A model generated the notes under the pieces. The model saw only the letters and a list, made by a program, of their open reading frames with translations. It ran no database searches and had not been told where the DNA came from. A program made the position numbers and the translations under genes. Positions 1-10,111 of a stretch of 64,000 nt of DNA are shown here, piece by piece. This DNA is from Candidatus Aenigmatarchaeota archaeon (GTDB lineage Archaea; Aenigmatarchaeota; Aenigmatarchaeia; CG10238-14; SpSt-28): contig JAHLMO010000001.1 of assembly GCA_018920305.1 (NCBI GenBank), positions 101,926 to 165,925 on the forward strand, written 5' to 3'. Positions within the stretch are counted from its first letter, which is position 1; each line of letters starts with the position of its first letter.

Positions 1-954
1 AATTTTGTTGAATTAGAAACTGTATTTAGAAAACATTTTCATAAGGGTTTTTTAGGCTTTATTTTTAGTATTTTATATCCAAATTTTATAACTTTGGTAA
101 AAGGGAGAAAATATGACGTAATTCATGCAACCTCTCCAGAATTAGCATTTATTGCATCAATTTTTTACAGAAAAAAACTTGTCGTTACTTTTCACGACTT
201 GTTTCCCATTACACATTATAAAAAATTAAAATATAAAGTTGGAATATTAACACATTTATTCTCTTATATTATTTGGAAAATCGCAACAAGAGCAAAAATA
301 ATTGTTGCAAATTCATCACTAACAAAAGAGTATATTGATAAAGTTTTTCATAGAAAAAATAATATTGTGGTAATTAGTGAAGGTGTTAATGAAAATATCA
401 AACAAATAACTGAAAAAAACCATATATTAACTCTTTGTTTTGTTGGAAACTTGTCTTATAGAAAAAGAGTTGATATTGCTATAAAACTATTTAGAAAAAT
501 TAGTAAAAAAGAAAAATGTAAGTTAATAATTGTTGGTGGAAAATTAAAATCTTTATATCAAGTAAATTTTAACTTAGATGAAATTAATGAAAAAAACATT
601 GAAATCTATGATAAAGTTAATGAGGAAAAATTAATAGAAATTTACAGTAAATCTCATTTTTTAATTTTTCCATCGATAATAGAAGGTTTTGGTTTACCGA
701 TTTTAGAAGCTATTAGATGCAAGACTTTGCCTATTACTTTTAAATTTTCAGAAATCCCAAAAGAAGTTAAAAAATTTTCTATAGAGTGTAAGAATTTAGA
801 TGATGCTGCAAAAAAAATAACTAATTTATGGAAAAATAAAAAAAGATTTGAACATATCGCTAATAAATTTTATAAGTTATCTTTAAAATTTGACTGGAAA
901 AAAACATGCAATGAATACTTAAAAATATACAAAAAAGTTGCTAATTATGGGTAA
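1..954 (+). CDS. Glycosyltransferase family 4 (GT-B fold), 5'-partial. The reading frame is open from base 1, so the gene starts upstream of the window.
   Basis: C-terminal GT1/GT4 signature (FPSIIEGFGLPILEAI, i.e. the E-G-F-G-L motif). No in-frame stop lies between base 1 and the TTG at 94, so the ORF-track start is an artefact. Confidence 0.6.
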   Translation, partial: NFVELETVFRKHFHKGFLGFIFSILYPNFITLVKGRKYDVIHATSPELAFIASIFYRKKLVVTFHDLFPITHYKKLKYKVGILTHLFSYIIWKIATRAKIIVANSSLTKEYIDKVFHRKNNIVVISEGVNENIKQITEKNHILTLCFVGNLSYRKRVDIAIKLFRKISKKEKCKLIIVGGKLKSLYQVNFNLDEINEKNIEIYDKVNEEKLIEIYSKSHFLIFPSIIEGFGLPILEAIRCKTLPITFKFSEIPKEVKKFSIECKNLDDAAKKITNLWKNKKRFEHIANKFYKLSLKFDWKKTCNEYLKIYKKVANYG

Positions 955-1948
955 AATTGAAGAAATTATAAAAATTTTAAAAGAGAGGTTTAACCTTAGT
1001 GAAGAAAAAATTAGATATGAAATTAAAGAAAAACTATATGAATTTGGTGGACTAATAAGCGAAGAAGGTGCTGCCATATTAGTAGCGAGAGAATACGGAA
1101 TTGACATTAGAGAAATTAAAACTTTCTCATTTTTAAGCGAATTGGTTAGTGGAATGAGAAATGTAAATGTAAGAGTTAAAGTCTTTAAATCATTACCCCT
1201 AAAAGAATTTGAAAGAAAAGATGGAACAAAAGGATATGTTAAAATATTTTTAGTTGGAGATTCCTCAGATATTGCAAGATTAGTTTTTTGGAATGAATTT
1301 GCTGAAGAAACAGAGAATATGAAAATTAAAGATGGTGATATTTTAAAAATATATAATGCGAGAACAAAAGAAAATGTCTTTGGAGAAATTGATATAATAG
1401 TTGATAAAAATACTTATATCGAATTTGATAATAAAGATGATTTACCTAGCATAGATGTTTTATTAGAAAAATACTCAAAAGACAAATATCAAAGATTAGA
1501 ATCTTCATTAGATTCTATAGGTCATTATGAAGTTGTTGGAATTATCTCAGCAATATACGGAAATAATTTTTTCTTTAAGACTTGTCCAATATGTGGAAAT
1601 AAAGTTGGTAAAAAAGAGGAAAAATATTTTTGTGATTTGCATGGTGAAATAGAACCAAAAAATTCACTTTTTTTAAGATTTGAAGTAAATACATTTAATG
1701 GAAATTTGAGAGCTGTAGCATTTAGGGAAGTTGCAGAAAAAATTGTAGAAATTAAAACAGAAGAGCTAGAAAAATTTGAAAATTTAAAAGAATTCTTAGA
1801 AAATCTATTACTAGGTAAAATCGTATTAATAAGAGGAAGAGCTAGAAAAAACAAATTTTTAAATGTTATAGAATTGGTTGTTAACGAAGTTGAAGACGTT
1901 AATATTGAAAAAGAAATTGAAAAATTAATTCAGTCTATAGAAAATTAA
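947..1948 (+). CDS. rpa: Replication protein A (RPA-like ssDNA-binding protein) with an OB fold and a C4 zinc ribbon.
   Basis: OB-fold block [14 protein letters not shown]...[29 protein letters not shown]. Zinc ribbon CPICGN...CDLHGE. ATG at 947 lies just after the TTG at 938 used by the track. It overlaps the GT4 stop and is followed directly by radA. Confidence 0.7.
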   Translation: MGKIEEIIKILKERFNLSEEKIRYEIKEKLYEFGGLISEEGAAILVAREYGIDIREIKTFSFLSELVSGMRNVNVRVKVFKSLPLKEFERKDGTKGYVKIFLVGDSSDIARLVFWNEFAEETENMKIKDGDILKIYNARTKENVFGEIDIIVDKNTYIEFDNKDDLPSIDVLLEKYSKDKYQRLESSLDSIGHYEVVGIISAIYGNNFFFKTCPICGNKVGKKEEKYFCDLHGEIEPKNSLFLRFEVNTFNGNLRAVAFREVAEKIVEIKTEELEKFENLKEFLENLLLGKIVLIRGRARKNKFLNVIELVVNEVEDVNIEKEIEKLIQSIEN

Positions 1949-1953
1949 ATATT

Positions 1954-2910
1954 ATGGAGGAAGAAAGAATTTCACTTAAAGATATTAAAGGTATTGGACC
2001 AAAAATTTTGAAAAGATTAGAAGAATTAAAAATTAACGATCCAATGATTATAGCGATGAGTAATCCAAAAGAATTATCTGCAATATTAGATATTGGTGAA
2101 GAAAAAGCAAAAGAAATTATCGAAAGTGTAAGAGAAGCTTTAGGTTTTAAGTTAGAAACTGCTGATAAAGTATTAGAAAGAAGAATGAAAATGAGAAAAA
2201 TTACAACTTCTTCAAAAGCATTAGATGAACTACTTGGTGGTGGTATTCCTACACAAGCAATAACAGAAGCTTTTGGAATGTTTGGTAGTGGAAAAACTCA
2301 GCTTGCATTTCAGCTCGCAATTAATGTTCAATTACCAGAAGAACAAGGCGGATTAGAGAGAGCTTGTTTGTTTATAGATAGCGAAGGTACATTTAGTCCT
2401 GAAAGAATAGTAGAAATAGCGAAAAATAGAGGATTAGATGCTGATAAAATTTTAAAAAATATTTATGTTGCAAGAGCTTATAGCAGTGAACATCAAATAC
2501 TTTTAGTTGAAAGAGCAGCTGAAATTATTAAAGAAAAAAACATCGGATTAATAATAGTAGATTCTATAACATCTCATTTTAGAGTTGATTATACAGGAAG
2601 GGGGGAATTAGCAGAAAGACAACAAAAATTAAACAAACACTTACATCAGCTACAAAGATTAGCGGATGCATTTAATTTGGCTGTTTATATTACAAATCAA
2701 GTAATGGCAAGACCAGATATTATATTCGGTGATCCGACACAACCTGTTGGTGGTCACGTTTTAGCGCATATCTCATTTTATAGAATTTATTTAAGAAAAT
2801 CAAAACAAAATTTAAGAATAGCAAGATTAGTTGATGCACCTAATTTACCTGAAAGAGAAGTTGTTTTTCAAATAACTGAAAAAGGAATTGAAGATTATGA
2901 AGAAAAATGA
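1954..2910 (+). CDS. radA: DNA repair and recombination protein RadA (RecA/Rad51 family).
   Basis: N-terminal HhH ([14 protein letters not shown]). Walker [22 protein letters not shown]. Walker [12 protein letters not shown]. 318 aa. Confidence 0.9.
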   Translation: MEEERISLKDIKGIGPKILKRLEELKINDPMIIAMSNPKELSAILDIGEEKAKEIIESVREALGFKLETADKVLERRMKMRKITTSSKALDELLGGGIPTQAITEAFGMFGSGKTQLAFQLAINVQLPEEQGGLERACLFIDSEGTFSPERIVEIAKNRGLDADKILKNIYVARAYSSEHQILLVERAAEIIKEKNIGLIIVDSITSHFRVDYTGRGELAERQQKLNKHLHQLQRLADAFNLAVYITNQVMARPDIIFGDPTQPVGGHVLAHISFYRIYLRKSKQNLRIARLVDAPNLPEREVVFQITEKGIEDYEEK

Positions 2911-3512
2911 TTATATATAGAGGTGCTGAAGCCATAATAGAAAAGATAGACGAAAATACAATTGTGAAAAAAAGAATAGAAAAAAAGTATAGATTAAGAG
3001 AAATAGATGAAAAATTAAGAAAGGAAAGAACAAAAAAAGAAGTTAAGTTTTTAAGAGAAGTTAGAAGACTAGGAATTAATGTCCCTAAAGTTTTAGAAGT
3101 TAGTGATTTCGAGTTTAAAATGGAATATATAAACGGAAAAAAATTAAAAGATGTTTTAAATAAAGAAAATTTTAAGTTTTTTGCAGAAGAAATAGGAAAG
3201 ATTGTCGCGAGCTTACATTTACATAATATAGTTCATAATGATTTAACCCTATCTAACATGATTTTCTATGAAAGTAAGATTTATTTAATAGATTTCGGTC
3301 TAGCAAATTATTCTGTTTCGATTGAAAATAAAGCAGAAGATATTTTAACACTTTATTATTCAATAAAATCTCTTTTCCCAGAAATATATGAAGAATTTTT
3401 TAGAGTTTTTAAAGATATTTACAAGATGTTATATCCTAATGGTAATAATGTTATAGAAAGAATGAAAGAAATATTAAAAAGGGGGAGATATTCGATAAGG
3501 GATAATGGCTAA
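2907..3512 (+). CDS. bud32: Bud32/PRPK-type small protein kinase (KEOPS subunit, Kae1-associated kinase).
   Basis: Short RIO/Bud32-like kinase of about 200 aa. Catalytic loop [11 protein letters not shown] and IDFGLA (DFG). The start overlaps the radA stop. Confidence 0.6.
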   Translation: MIIYRGAEAIIEKIDENTIVKKRIEKKYRLREIDEKLRKERTKKEVKFLREVRRLGINVPKVLEVSDFEFKMEYINGKKLKDVLNKENFKFFAEEIGKIVASLHLHNIVHNDLTLSNMIFYESKIYLIDFGLANYSVSIENKAEDILTLYYSIKSLFPEIYEEFFRVFKDIYKMLYPNGNNVIERMKEILKRGRYSIRDNG

Positions 3513-3774
3513 AAAATCTTTTGCAGAAGTATTATTTAAAGATAAACCTTTAAAAGTACTTTTAGTACTATCTGATGGTATTCCAAAAAATATTACACAA
3601 ATATATAAAAAAGTAAGAACAACTTATTCGCATACATTGAATATTCTTAAAAATTTTTACGAATTAGGAATAATAGAATTTGAAAAAGTAGGAAGAAATA
3701 AAGTTGTTAGATTATCAAAAAAAGGAGAAAAAATTATTGAAATTATCAAAAAAATTTTAGTGTATTTAGATTAA
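3505..3774 (+). CDS. Small putative winged-helix DNA-binding protein.
   Basis: 89 aa and basic. Pattern resembles a small wHTH regulator (ITQIYKKVRTTYSHTLNILKNFYELGIIEFEKVGRNKVVRLSKKG). No specific family recognised. Confidence 0.35.
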   Translation: MAKKSFAEVLFKDKPLKVLLVLSDGIPKNITQIYKKVRTTYSHTLNILKNFYELGIIEFEKVGRNKVVRLSKKGEKIIEIIKKILVYLD

Positions 3775-3795
3775 TTTTAAATTAATTTCAAAACT

Positions 3796-3918
3796 TTTTT
3801 ATGAAGTTTCAGACATTTTTTATGAACATTCAAATATTTTTTATGAAGTTTCAAACATTTTTTGTGAAATTTCTGATATTTTTTATGAACATTCAAATAT
3901 TTTTTATGAAGTTTCAAA
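3796..3918. repeat. Six tandem degenerate 20-21-bp direct repeats, consensus TTTTTATGAAnnTTCAnAnAT.
   Basis: Read directly: tttttatgaagtttcagacat / tttttatgaacattcaaatat / tttttatgaagtttcaaacat / tttttgtgaaatttctgatat / tttttatgaacattcaaatat / tttttatgaagtttcaaata. Confidence 0.8.
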
Positions 3919-4191
3919 TAATTATTAGAGTAGCTATATAGTGTATGTAAAAATTGTTGAACCGCTATATAGTTTTTTGATCAACTTTAATTTTTTAAAA
4001 TTATTAATTAATATAACAGTGTAATATTTTAGTTATTATTTATAGGTAAATATAAACTTATAGTTATAGTTAGGATCAACTTTTCAGAATTTGTTTTATT
4101 ATATCTTAATTTTATTTTAGTTTTTTAATATTAAATCATTACTCAAAAAGGAATTGGAAAGTTCATAAAAATAGGCTAGATTTAATTATTT

Positions 4192-4458
4192 ATGAAGAGA
4201 GGAAGACCCTCAAAGAGATTCGAGATATATAGATTAATAGAAGAATATTTTAAGGAAAATCCTTTTCCATCTAACATAAACAGAATTTTAAGATATATCT
4301 ATGAAAAAACAGAACGAAAATATAGTTGGAATACAATTAAAAAATACTTAGAAGAGCTAACTAAGTTAGATAGGATTAAAAAAATAAAATTACCACACTC
4401 TAAAATAAAAGAAAAGGAGGGTTTGACATTATATTACTTAGAAGTAAAAAATGAATAG
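4192..4458 (+). CDS. Small basic protein with an N-terminal AT-hook (KRGRPSKR).
   Basis: N-terminus MKRGRPSKRF carries the GRP AT-hook core. 88 aa, Lys/Arg-rich. First gene downstream of the tandem-repeat array. Confidence 0.35.
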   Translation: MKRGRPSKRFEIYRLIEEYFKENPFPSNINRILRYIYEKTERKYSWNTIKKYLEELTKLDRIKKIKLPHSKIKEKEGLTLYYLEVKNE

Positions 4459-5425
4459 AATATTAGAACTAATGAAAAAGGGTTACTTTGTTCAAGATCC
4501 ACAGATACTTTCATTATTGAACGATGAAGAATTCGAAAGATTTTTATTTTTTTTACCGAAATCAAACGAACCGAAAATCTTAAAAAAGGAAGATGTTATT
4601 ACTTTTTTGCAAAAAATAAGTAAAAAGATTTCTATTAGAATTTTAGAACCTCAAATAAAACAAAAGATATCGAACTTAGATTTACTGAACATTTTAAGAG
4701 AAAGATATAATTTTTTATCATCAATTATAAAAAAGAAGCTTTTATTTTTTAATTTAATTTCTATAAACAAAATTTCGAAAAAATATAGAACATTCTCTCT
4801 TATAGGTATGGTTTATGAAATTGATGGTAAAAAAATTACGATAGATGATTTATCATCAAAAATAGATGTTTGGATAGAAGATGAGGAAAAATTAAAATTA
4901 ATAGAGGAAGATTGTGTTATCGGAGTTAAATGCTATTGGAAAGATGATGAAATTTATGCTAATGAGGTTATTTTTCCAGAATTTGAAGAAAAAAACAATT
5001 TAGAAGAAATAAAAGAACTTAGAATAGGGATTTTTAATAGAGACATAGATACAGATGCTGATGTTATTATACAGCTAGATAGGGAAACTAAAATCTCTAA
5101 AAATAAATTATATGTTAACTCTTCTTTTCCTGTTCACCAAATTTATGTTAATAACTCATTAATATTGTTGGTAGATATCAGACATGTAAACTTTAGTATA
5201 GAAAAATTCCTAAAGTTAAGATTAGTTACTTCTAAATCGAGCAAAATATTAGATTTTGGTGGAGATTTTTTCTTAATAAAAGATAAACCAAGTTTAATTA
5301 TAACTTTAAATTCTGATAGAGAAGAAATAAATAAAATAAATGATATTTTTTTGATAAGTCTAGCTAATTCATTAGAAAATAACTATCTTATTGATTTAAA
5401 AGAAGAAATCTTTATCAAAATCTAA
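4451..5425 (+). CDS. Hypothetical protein of 324 aa, co-directional with and immediately upstream of polB.
   Basis: Long ORF with typical coding composition and no recognisable motif. Its start overlaps the preceding gene by 8 nt. Confidence 0.3.
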   Translation: MNRILELMKKGYFVQDPQILSLLNDEEFERFLFFLPKSNEPKILKKEDVITFLQKISKKISIRILEPQIKQKISNLDLLNILRERYNFLSSIIKKKLLFFNLISINKISKKYRTFSLIGMVYEIDGKKITIDDLSSKIDVWIEDEEKLKLIEEDCVIGVKCYWKDDEIYANEVIFPEFEEKNNLEEIKELRIGIFNRDIDTDADVIIQLDRETKISKNKLYVNSSFPVHQIYVNNSLILLVDIRHVNFSIEKFLKLRLVTSKSSKILDFGGDFFLIKDKPSLIITLNSDREEINKINDIFLISLANSLENNYLIDLKEEIFIKI

Positions 5426-5480
5426 ATTAACTATAATAAAGGATAGAAAAAAATATTTGAGGGTAGAACAAAAAAATATC

Positions 5481-8195
5481 ATGAATGTTAAATTTTTTCT
5501 TTTAGATGTTGATTATGACATTGTTGATGACAGACCGATAATTAGAATTTTTGGAAGAGATGAAAATGGAAGTTCTGTAACAATTTTTGTTAAAGATTTT
5601 TTCCCATATTTTTATGTAAAAGTTAAAGATGAAGAAAAATTTCTAGAATTCTTAGAAAAAAATTTTAAAAATTTAATAGTTAAGGTCGATACTGTAGAAA
5701 AGTTTTTACCAATAGGTTATCAAGAAAGGAAAACTAGATTATTTAGAATATTCTTAAAAAATCCATCAAAAGTTCCTTTAGTTAGAGAAGAATTAATGCT
5801 ACAAGATTTCGTTGAAAATACGTACGAAGCTGATATTCTTTTTAAGTATAGGTTTATGGCAGATAAAGATCTTAGTGGCTGTAAATGGTACGAAGTAGAG
5901 GGAACTTTTGTCAATAATACAAGTGTTGTGTTTACAAATAAAAAAATAGAAGCACTAAATATTAAAGAAATAGATCGTAATGAAATTCCTAAGTTTAAGA
6001 TTTTATCAATTGATATAGAAGTAGCCAATAAAGAAGGTATTCCAGATCCAAAAACACATCCAATTAGTATAATTTCATTGGCTTTTTATCCAGAATATAA
6101 TGGAATGAGAAATTTAGTCTTAATATCTAAAAGGGTAAATGTAAATTTAGAATATGTTTTATCGTTTGAAAACGAGAAGAAAATGTTAGAAAGTTTTATT
6201 AATATAATTAAAGATTATGATCCAGACTTTATAATTGGATATAACATTAACAATTTTGATATCCCTTATATAATCGAAAGATTAAAACAAAACAAAATAA
6301 AACCATATTTAGGAAGAGCAAAAAAAGTTGCAAAAAGTCAAAGAATAAGCGAAGAGAGATATAAAAATACTATTGTGGGGAGAGTAATCATAGATTTTTA
6401 TGATATTTTAAAAGAATTTTCTAAAAAAGGTATGTTTAAGACAAAAAGATTAGGTTTAGGTGATGTAGCAAAAGTATTAATAGGTAGAGGAAAAGAAGAT
6501 GTAGAACATAGTGAAATAATCAAACTATGGAATGGAGATGAAAAAGATTTAGTAAGGCTTATAAATTATGCAAAAACAGATGCAGAATTAGTTTTAGAAA
6601 TAATGCTTAGTAAAGATTTTATTTCTCAATACATAGAAATATCTAGGTTAAGTGGCTTATTATTACAAGATACTTTATCTGGTTCTGAATCTTCTAGAAT
6701 AGAACAATTTCTTCTAAAAGAGTTTAATAAAAACGATTTTGTAATTCCTAACAAACCAAACAAAAGAGAATTAAAAGAAAGAGAAAAACAAGAAGTTAAA
6801 GGTGCTATAGTTTTAGAACCAAAAATAGGTTTGCATGAATTTGTTGCTTATCTCGATTTTAAATCTCTATATCCAAGTATAATAATAGAATATAACATTT
6901 GTCCAACAACTTATTTAAAAAATAGAAAAGAAGGATTGGATTTAATTATATCTCCAATTAATACATATTTTGTTTCAAAAAACGTTAGAGAGGGAATATT
7001 TCCAAGAGTTTTAAAGAGATTAATAGAAGAAAGAGACAAGATTAAAAAAATAATGAAAGATGAGAAAGATCCAAACAAAAAGATTTTACTAGAAGCAAAA
7101 CAATTGGCACTAAAATTATTGGCGAACGCATTTTATGGATATACTGGATTTTTAAAAGCTAGATTTTTTGTAGCTGATATAGCAAATACTATAACAGCTT
7201 ATGGAAGATACTGGATTACTAATGTTAAAAAATTTGCCGAAGAAATAGGATATGAAATTGTTTATGGTGATACAGATTCAATAATGGTAAAAACGAATGC
7301 AAAAAGTTTAGAAGAGGCTTTCAAAATTGGAACAGAATTAGAAAAATTAATTAATTCAAAAACACCTCAAAACATTAAGATGAAAATAGAGGGAATAATG
7401 AAAAAAATTCTTTTCGTAGCAAAAAAGAAGTATGTTGGTTATTTGTTTGAAAGCGAAAATGATAATGGTAAAATAGTAATGAAAGGAATTGAAACTATAA
7501 GAAGGGATTGGTGCGAATTAGTTTCAGAAACTTTATCAAAAGTTATAGAAATTTTATTGATTACTGGAAGTGAAAGAGAAGCTTTTGAATACGTTAAAGA
7601 AGTTTTTAGAAAGTTGAAAAATAATGAAATAGATGTAGAAAAACTTGCTATTGTTAAATCAATTTCAAGACCTCTTAACAAATATAAGGGTCAGCAACCT
7701 CATATAGAACTTGTTAAAAAAATGATGAGAAGAGGGGATCCAAATATTCCTGGAGTAGGAGATAGAGTTAGTTATGTTATAGTTGCTGGTCCACAAAAGA
7801 TTGTTGAAAGAGCAGAGAGTGTTGAATATGTAAAAAAATATAAAATACCAATTGATGCTGAATACTATATTTATCATCAGTTATTACCACCTCTAGAAAG
7901 AATATTTAATGCTATTGGAATAACACCTTCTCAATTTATTACAGGCACTAAACAGAAATCTATTATTGGTATTTTACTTCAAAACGGAAATGGAACTAAT
8001 AAAAATCAATCTAATGTGGTTATTAAAGAGGGATTTGTTAATGAAATAAATATAAAGGAACTTGTTGGATTTATGTGTAGTAAGTGTAATAGCGTTTATA
8101 AAAGAATGCCATTAAGTGGAGTATGTAATTTGTGTAATGGAGAAATTGTTTTTTATTCTGCTAATGCGAAATCAAAGATTATTTCATTAAATTAA
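5481..8195 (+). CDS. polB: Family B DNA polymerase (PolB).
   Basis: Exonuclease motifs (FDIET-like ILSIDIEV, YNINNFDIPYI). Polymerase motifs DFKSLYPSII, KLLANAFYGY and YGDTDS (IVYGDTDSIMV). C-terminal CxxC...CxxC zinc module. No intein. ATG at 5481; the track uses an upstream TTG at 5457. Confidence 0.9.
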   Translation: MNVKFFLLDVDYDIVDDRPIIRIFGRDENGSSVTIFVKDFFPYFYVKVKDEEKFLEFLEKNFKNLIVKVDTVEKFLPIGYQERKTRLFRIFLKNPSKVPLVREELMLQDFVENTYEADILFKYRFMADKDLSGCKWYEVEGTFVNNTSVVFTNKKIEALNIKEIDRNEIPKFKILSIDIEVANKEGIPDPKTHPISIISLAFYPEYNGMRNLVLISKRVNVNLEYVLSFENEKKMLESFINIIKDYDPDFIIGYNINNFDIPYIIERLKQNKIKPYLGRAKKVAKSQRISEERYKNTIVGRVIIDFYDILKEFSKKGMFKTKRLGLGDVAKVLIGRGKEDVEHSEIIKLWNGDEKDLVRLINYAKTDAELVLEIMLSKDFISQYIEISRLSGLLLQDTLSGSESSRIEQFLLKEFNKNDFVIPNKPNKRELKEREKQEVKGAIVLEPKIGLHEFVAYLDFKSLYPSIIIEYNICPTTYLKNRKEGLDLIISPINTYFVSKNVREGIFPRVLKRLIEERDKIKKIMKDEKDPNKKILLEAKQLALKLLANAFYGYTGFLKARFFVADIANTITAYGRYWITNVKKFAEEIGYEIVYGDTDSIMVKTNAKSLEEAFKIGTELEKLINSKTPQNIKMKIEGIMKKILFVAKKKYVGYLFESENDNGKIVMKGIETIRRDWCELVSETLSKVIEILLITGSEREAFEYVKEVFRKLKNNEIDVEKLAIVKSISRPLNKYKGQQPHIELVKKMMRRGDPNIPGVGDRVSYVIVAGPQKIVERAESVEYVKKYKIPIDAEYYIYHQLLPPLERIFNAIGITPSQFITGTKQKSIIGILLQNGNGTNKNQSNVVIKEGFVNEINIKELVGFMCSKCNSVYKRMPLSGVCNLCNGEIVFYSANAKSKIISLN

Positions 8196-8196
8196 T

Positions 8197-8760
8197 ATGA
8201 TTATAAAAGAAATGGTTAGTCTAGTAGATGAAGCATTTTTTAATTTTATTAGTCTTTTCGATTTTTCTAAAATATACTTTATATCATTTTTAAGTTACTA
8301 TTTTTTTTATTTGATATTTTTGATTTTTGTGATTTATATTTATTTTTTTGAGAGAAAAACAAAAGTTTTAAATTTGTTAATTATCTTATCAATTCTTGGA
8401 TTTTTAATAATTTATCTTATAAAGTATACAGTAAAAAGAGAGAGGCCTTATGGTATAATAGAAAAGATAGATTATTCTTTTCCTTCTTCTCATTCGTATT
8501 TCGCAACTTTAATAATTTTATTTTCATATTTCTATCTTAAAAATTATATTTTCAAATCATTATTTGTTATATTTGGTCTTTTTTCAATTTTCTCTATTTT
8601 AATTCTTAAAATTCATTATTTATCTGATGTAATCTTTTCAATTTTCCTCTCTTTATTTCTATTCTATCTTTTTAATAATAAAGACTCCTTGATAAAATAT
8701 ATAGAAAAACTACGAGAAGTAAAGAAAAAGAAATTAAACTATTTGAAAAGAACAGAATAA
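8197..8760 (+). CDS. PAP2-family membrane phosphatase (type 2 phosphatidic acid / polyprenyl-pyrophosphate phosphatase-like).
   Basis: All three PAP2 motifs in order: KRERPYG (KX6RP), FPSSHS (PSGH) and KIHYLSDV (SRX5HX3D-like). Multiple TM segments. Confidence 0.6.
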   Translation: MIIKEMVSLVDEAFFNFISLFDFSKIYFISFLSYYFFYLIFLIFVIYIYFFERKTKVLNLLIILSILGFLIIYLIKYTVKRERPYGIIEKIDYSFPSSHSYFATLIILFSYFYLKNYIFKSLFVIFGLFSIFSILILKIHYLSDVIFSIFLSLFLFYLFNNKDSLIKYIEKLREVKKKKLNYLKRTE

Positions 8761-10108
8761 GAGAAATAGATGCGTAGATTAATAGTGAAGCTGCTTCAAA
8801 ATTTTTAAATCTGTTTATAAACAGATTTATAAGAACAAAAAAGCTTAAAGATAAGAAGAGAATTGAAAAAGAAAAGTAAATTTTTTGAAGATAAAATAAG
8901 AATAAGAGAGTTGAGACAAACGTATAAAATAGAAGCCTAAAGTCAATAGTTTTTTTATTTAAAAGAGTAAAGAAAAAGAGTATTGAAAAGAAGATTGGTA
9001 TAGTTAATTCAAAAAAGAAAGATAAAATTATATAAGGTAAGAAATAAAACAAACTTAAATTTTTAGTTTTTAAAAAGAAAAAGATAAATAAAATAAGAAA
9101 TATTATTACTAAAACAATATCTAATTTTAAAATTTTAAAATAACTTTCTGTTTTTATTTCCTCAGCTTTCAGAAGTTGCGCAGCTATTATTTTCTTTAGT
9201 TCATTAGGATTTTCTAAATTTGTTATTAAAATGGAAATGTAATTTTCATAGTTTCCATATGGTAATGGATAACTTAAAATAGTTATATTGTTAATCTTTA
9301 TAACTAATTCTGCATCATAATATTTCTCCAATTGAATTAATCTAAAGGGAACTTCTTTAAGATTTTCTAATAATATTTTACTAGCATTTTGATTTATTTT
9401 AAATGTTATGTTTACAAAGTTAATTGCAACAGGATAAAAATATCTGATCTTAAAATCAAAATCTTCTATAAAATCTTGATTAAATAAATATTTTCTAACA
9501 GTTACATTCTTTTCTCCTATAATAACTTCGTCAAAGATTTCATATAATTCGTTTATATGAAACTCTTTATCCATTAATTTTACATTTTCGTTTTCTTTTT
9601 CTAAATTTCTTTCTAGATAAAAATCTAATTTTCCAGGAGCTGTTAATAACAAATATAGCTTCTTATCGTATGGTAAAATTATTTTATCAAAATCTATAAG
9701 ATAATAATTATAACCTAGCAAGTTAAGTATTTTTAAATTTCTTTCGTTATTTTCTAAAACAATTCTTTCTAGATTTATTGGTTTGAAGTATGTTGTTTTT
9801 TCAATTTCTATTACTTCTATGTCAAAATCTTCGAGTGCATTACATCTAACAATTTTATTATCTAATATAATGAAAAATGTTTGATTTGGTCTTAGCTCTT
9901 TTTTTACATTCTCAAAATCTTCAATAGTTTTTATATCTATATTGTTAATAGAAGATATTTTACTTCCAATTTTTATAATTTCATCACATTCAATATTTTT
10001 AAAATCTTTAATTATAATTTCTGTTGTAGGTTTAGATAAAAAAAGAATGAGCAATGGAATGAGTAGCGAAAGTGTTACTATTAAAATTTTTGATAAATTT
10101 TCTTTCAT
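8672..10108 (-). CDS. Membrane protein (N-terminal signal/TM, large soluble middle domain, C-terminal polytopic region).
   Basis: 478 aa. Hydrophobic N-terminus and about six C-terminal TM helices. Adjacent to aglB. Its 3' end overlaps the PAP2 gene by 89 nt. Confidence 0.35.
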   Translation of the reverse strand: MKENLSKILIVTLSLLIPLLILFLSKPTTEIIIKDFKNIECDEIIKIGSKISSINNIDIKTIEDFENVKKELRPNQTFFIILDNKIVRCNALEDFDIEVIEIEKTTYFKPINLERIVLENNERNLKILNLLGYNYYLIDFDKIILPYDKKLYLLLTAPGKLDFYLERNLEKENENVKLMDKEFHINELYEIFDEVIIGEKNVTVRKYLFNQDFIEDFDFKIRYFYPVAINFVNITFKINQNASKILLENLKEVPFRLIQLEKYYDAELVIKINNITILSYPLPYGNYENYISILITNLENPNELKKIIAAQLLKAEEIKTESYFKILKLDIVLVIIFLILFIFFFLKTKNLSLFYFLPYIILSFFFELTIPIFFSILFFFTLLNKKTIDFRLLFYTFVSTLLFLFYLQKIYFSFSILFLSLSFFVLINLFINRFKNFEAASLLIYASISLILFFSNSLISFSLLLVVFLYILSRSLYY

Positions 10109-10111
10109 ATT

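Noticed and set aside
919-1107. 62-aa minus-strand ORF overlapping the GT4/rpa junction
   Set aside because: Antisense shadow ORF inside well-supported genes, with a hydrophobic low-complexity translation typical of AT-rich antisense frames.
1525-1854. 109-aa minus-strand ORF inside rpa
   Set aside because: Antisense to a strongly supported CDS, with no motif.
5720-7877. Three minus-strand ORFs (102, 80 and 70 aa) inside polB
   Set aside because: Shadow ORFs antisense to polB.
5481-8195. Possible intein in PolB
   Set aside because: The protein is only about 905 aa, with contiguous polymerase motifs and no Cys/Ser-His...HN splice-junction pattern, so no intein.
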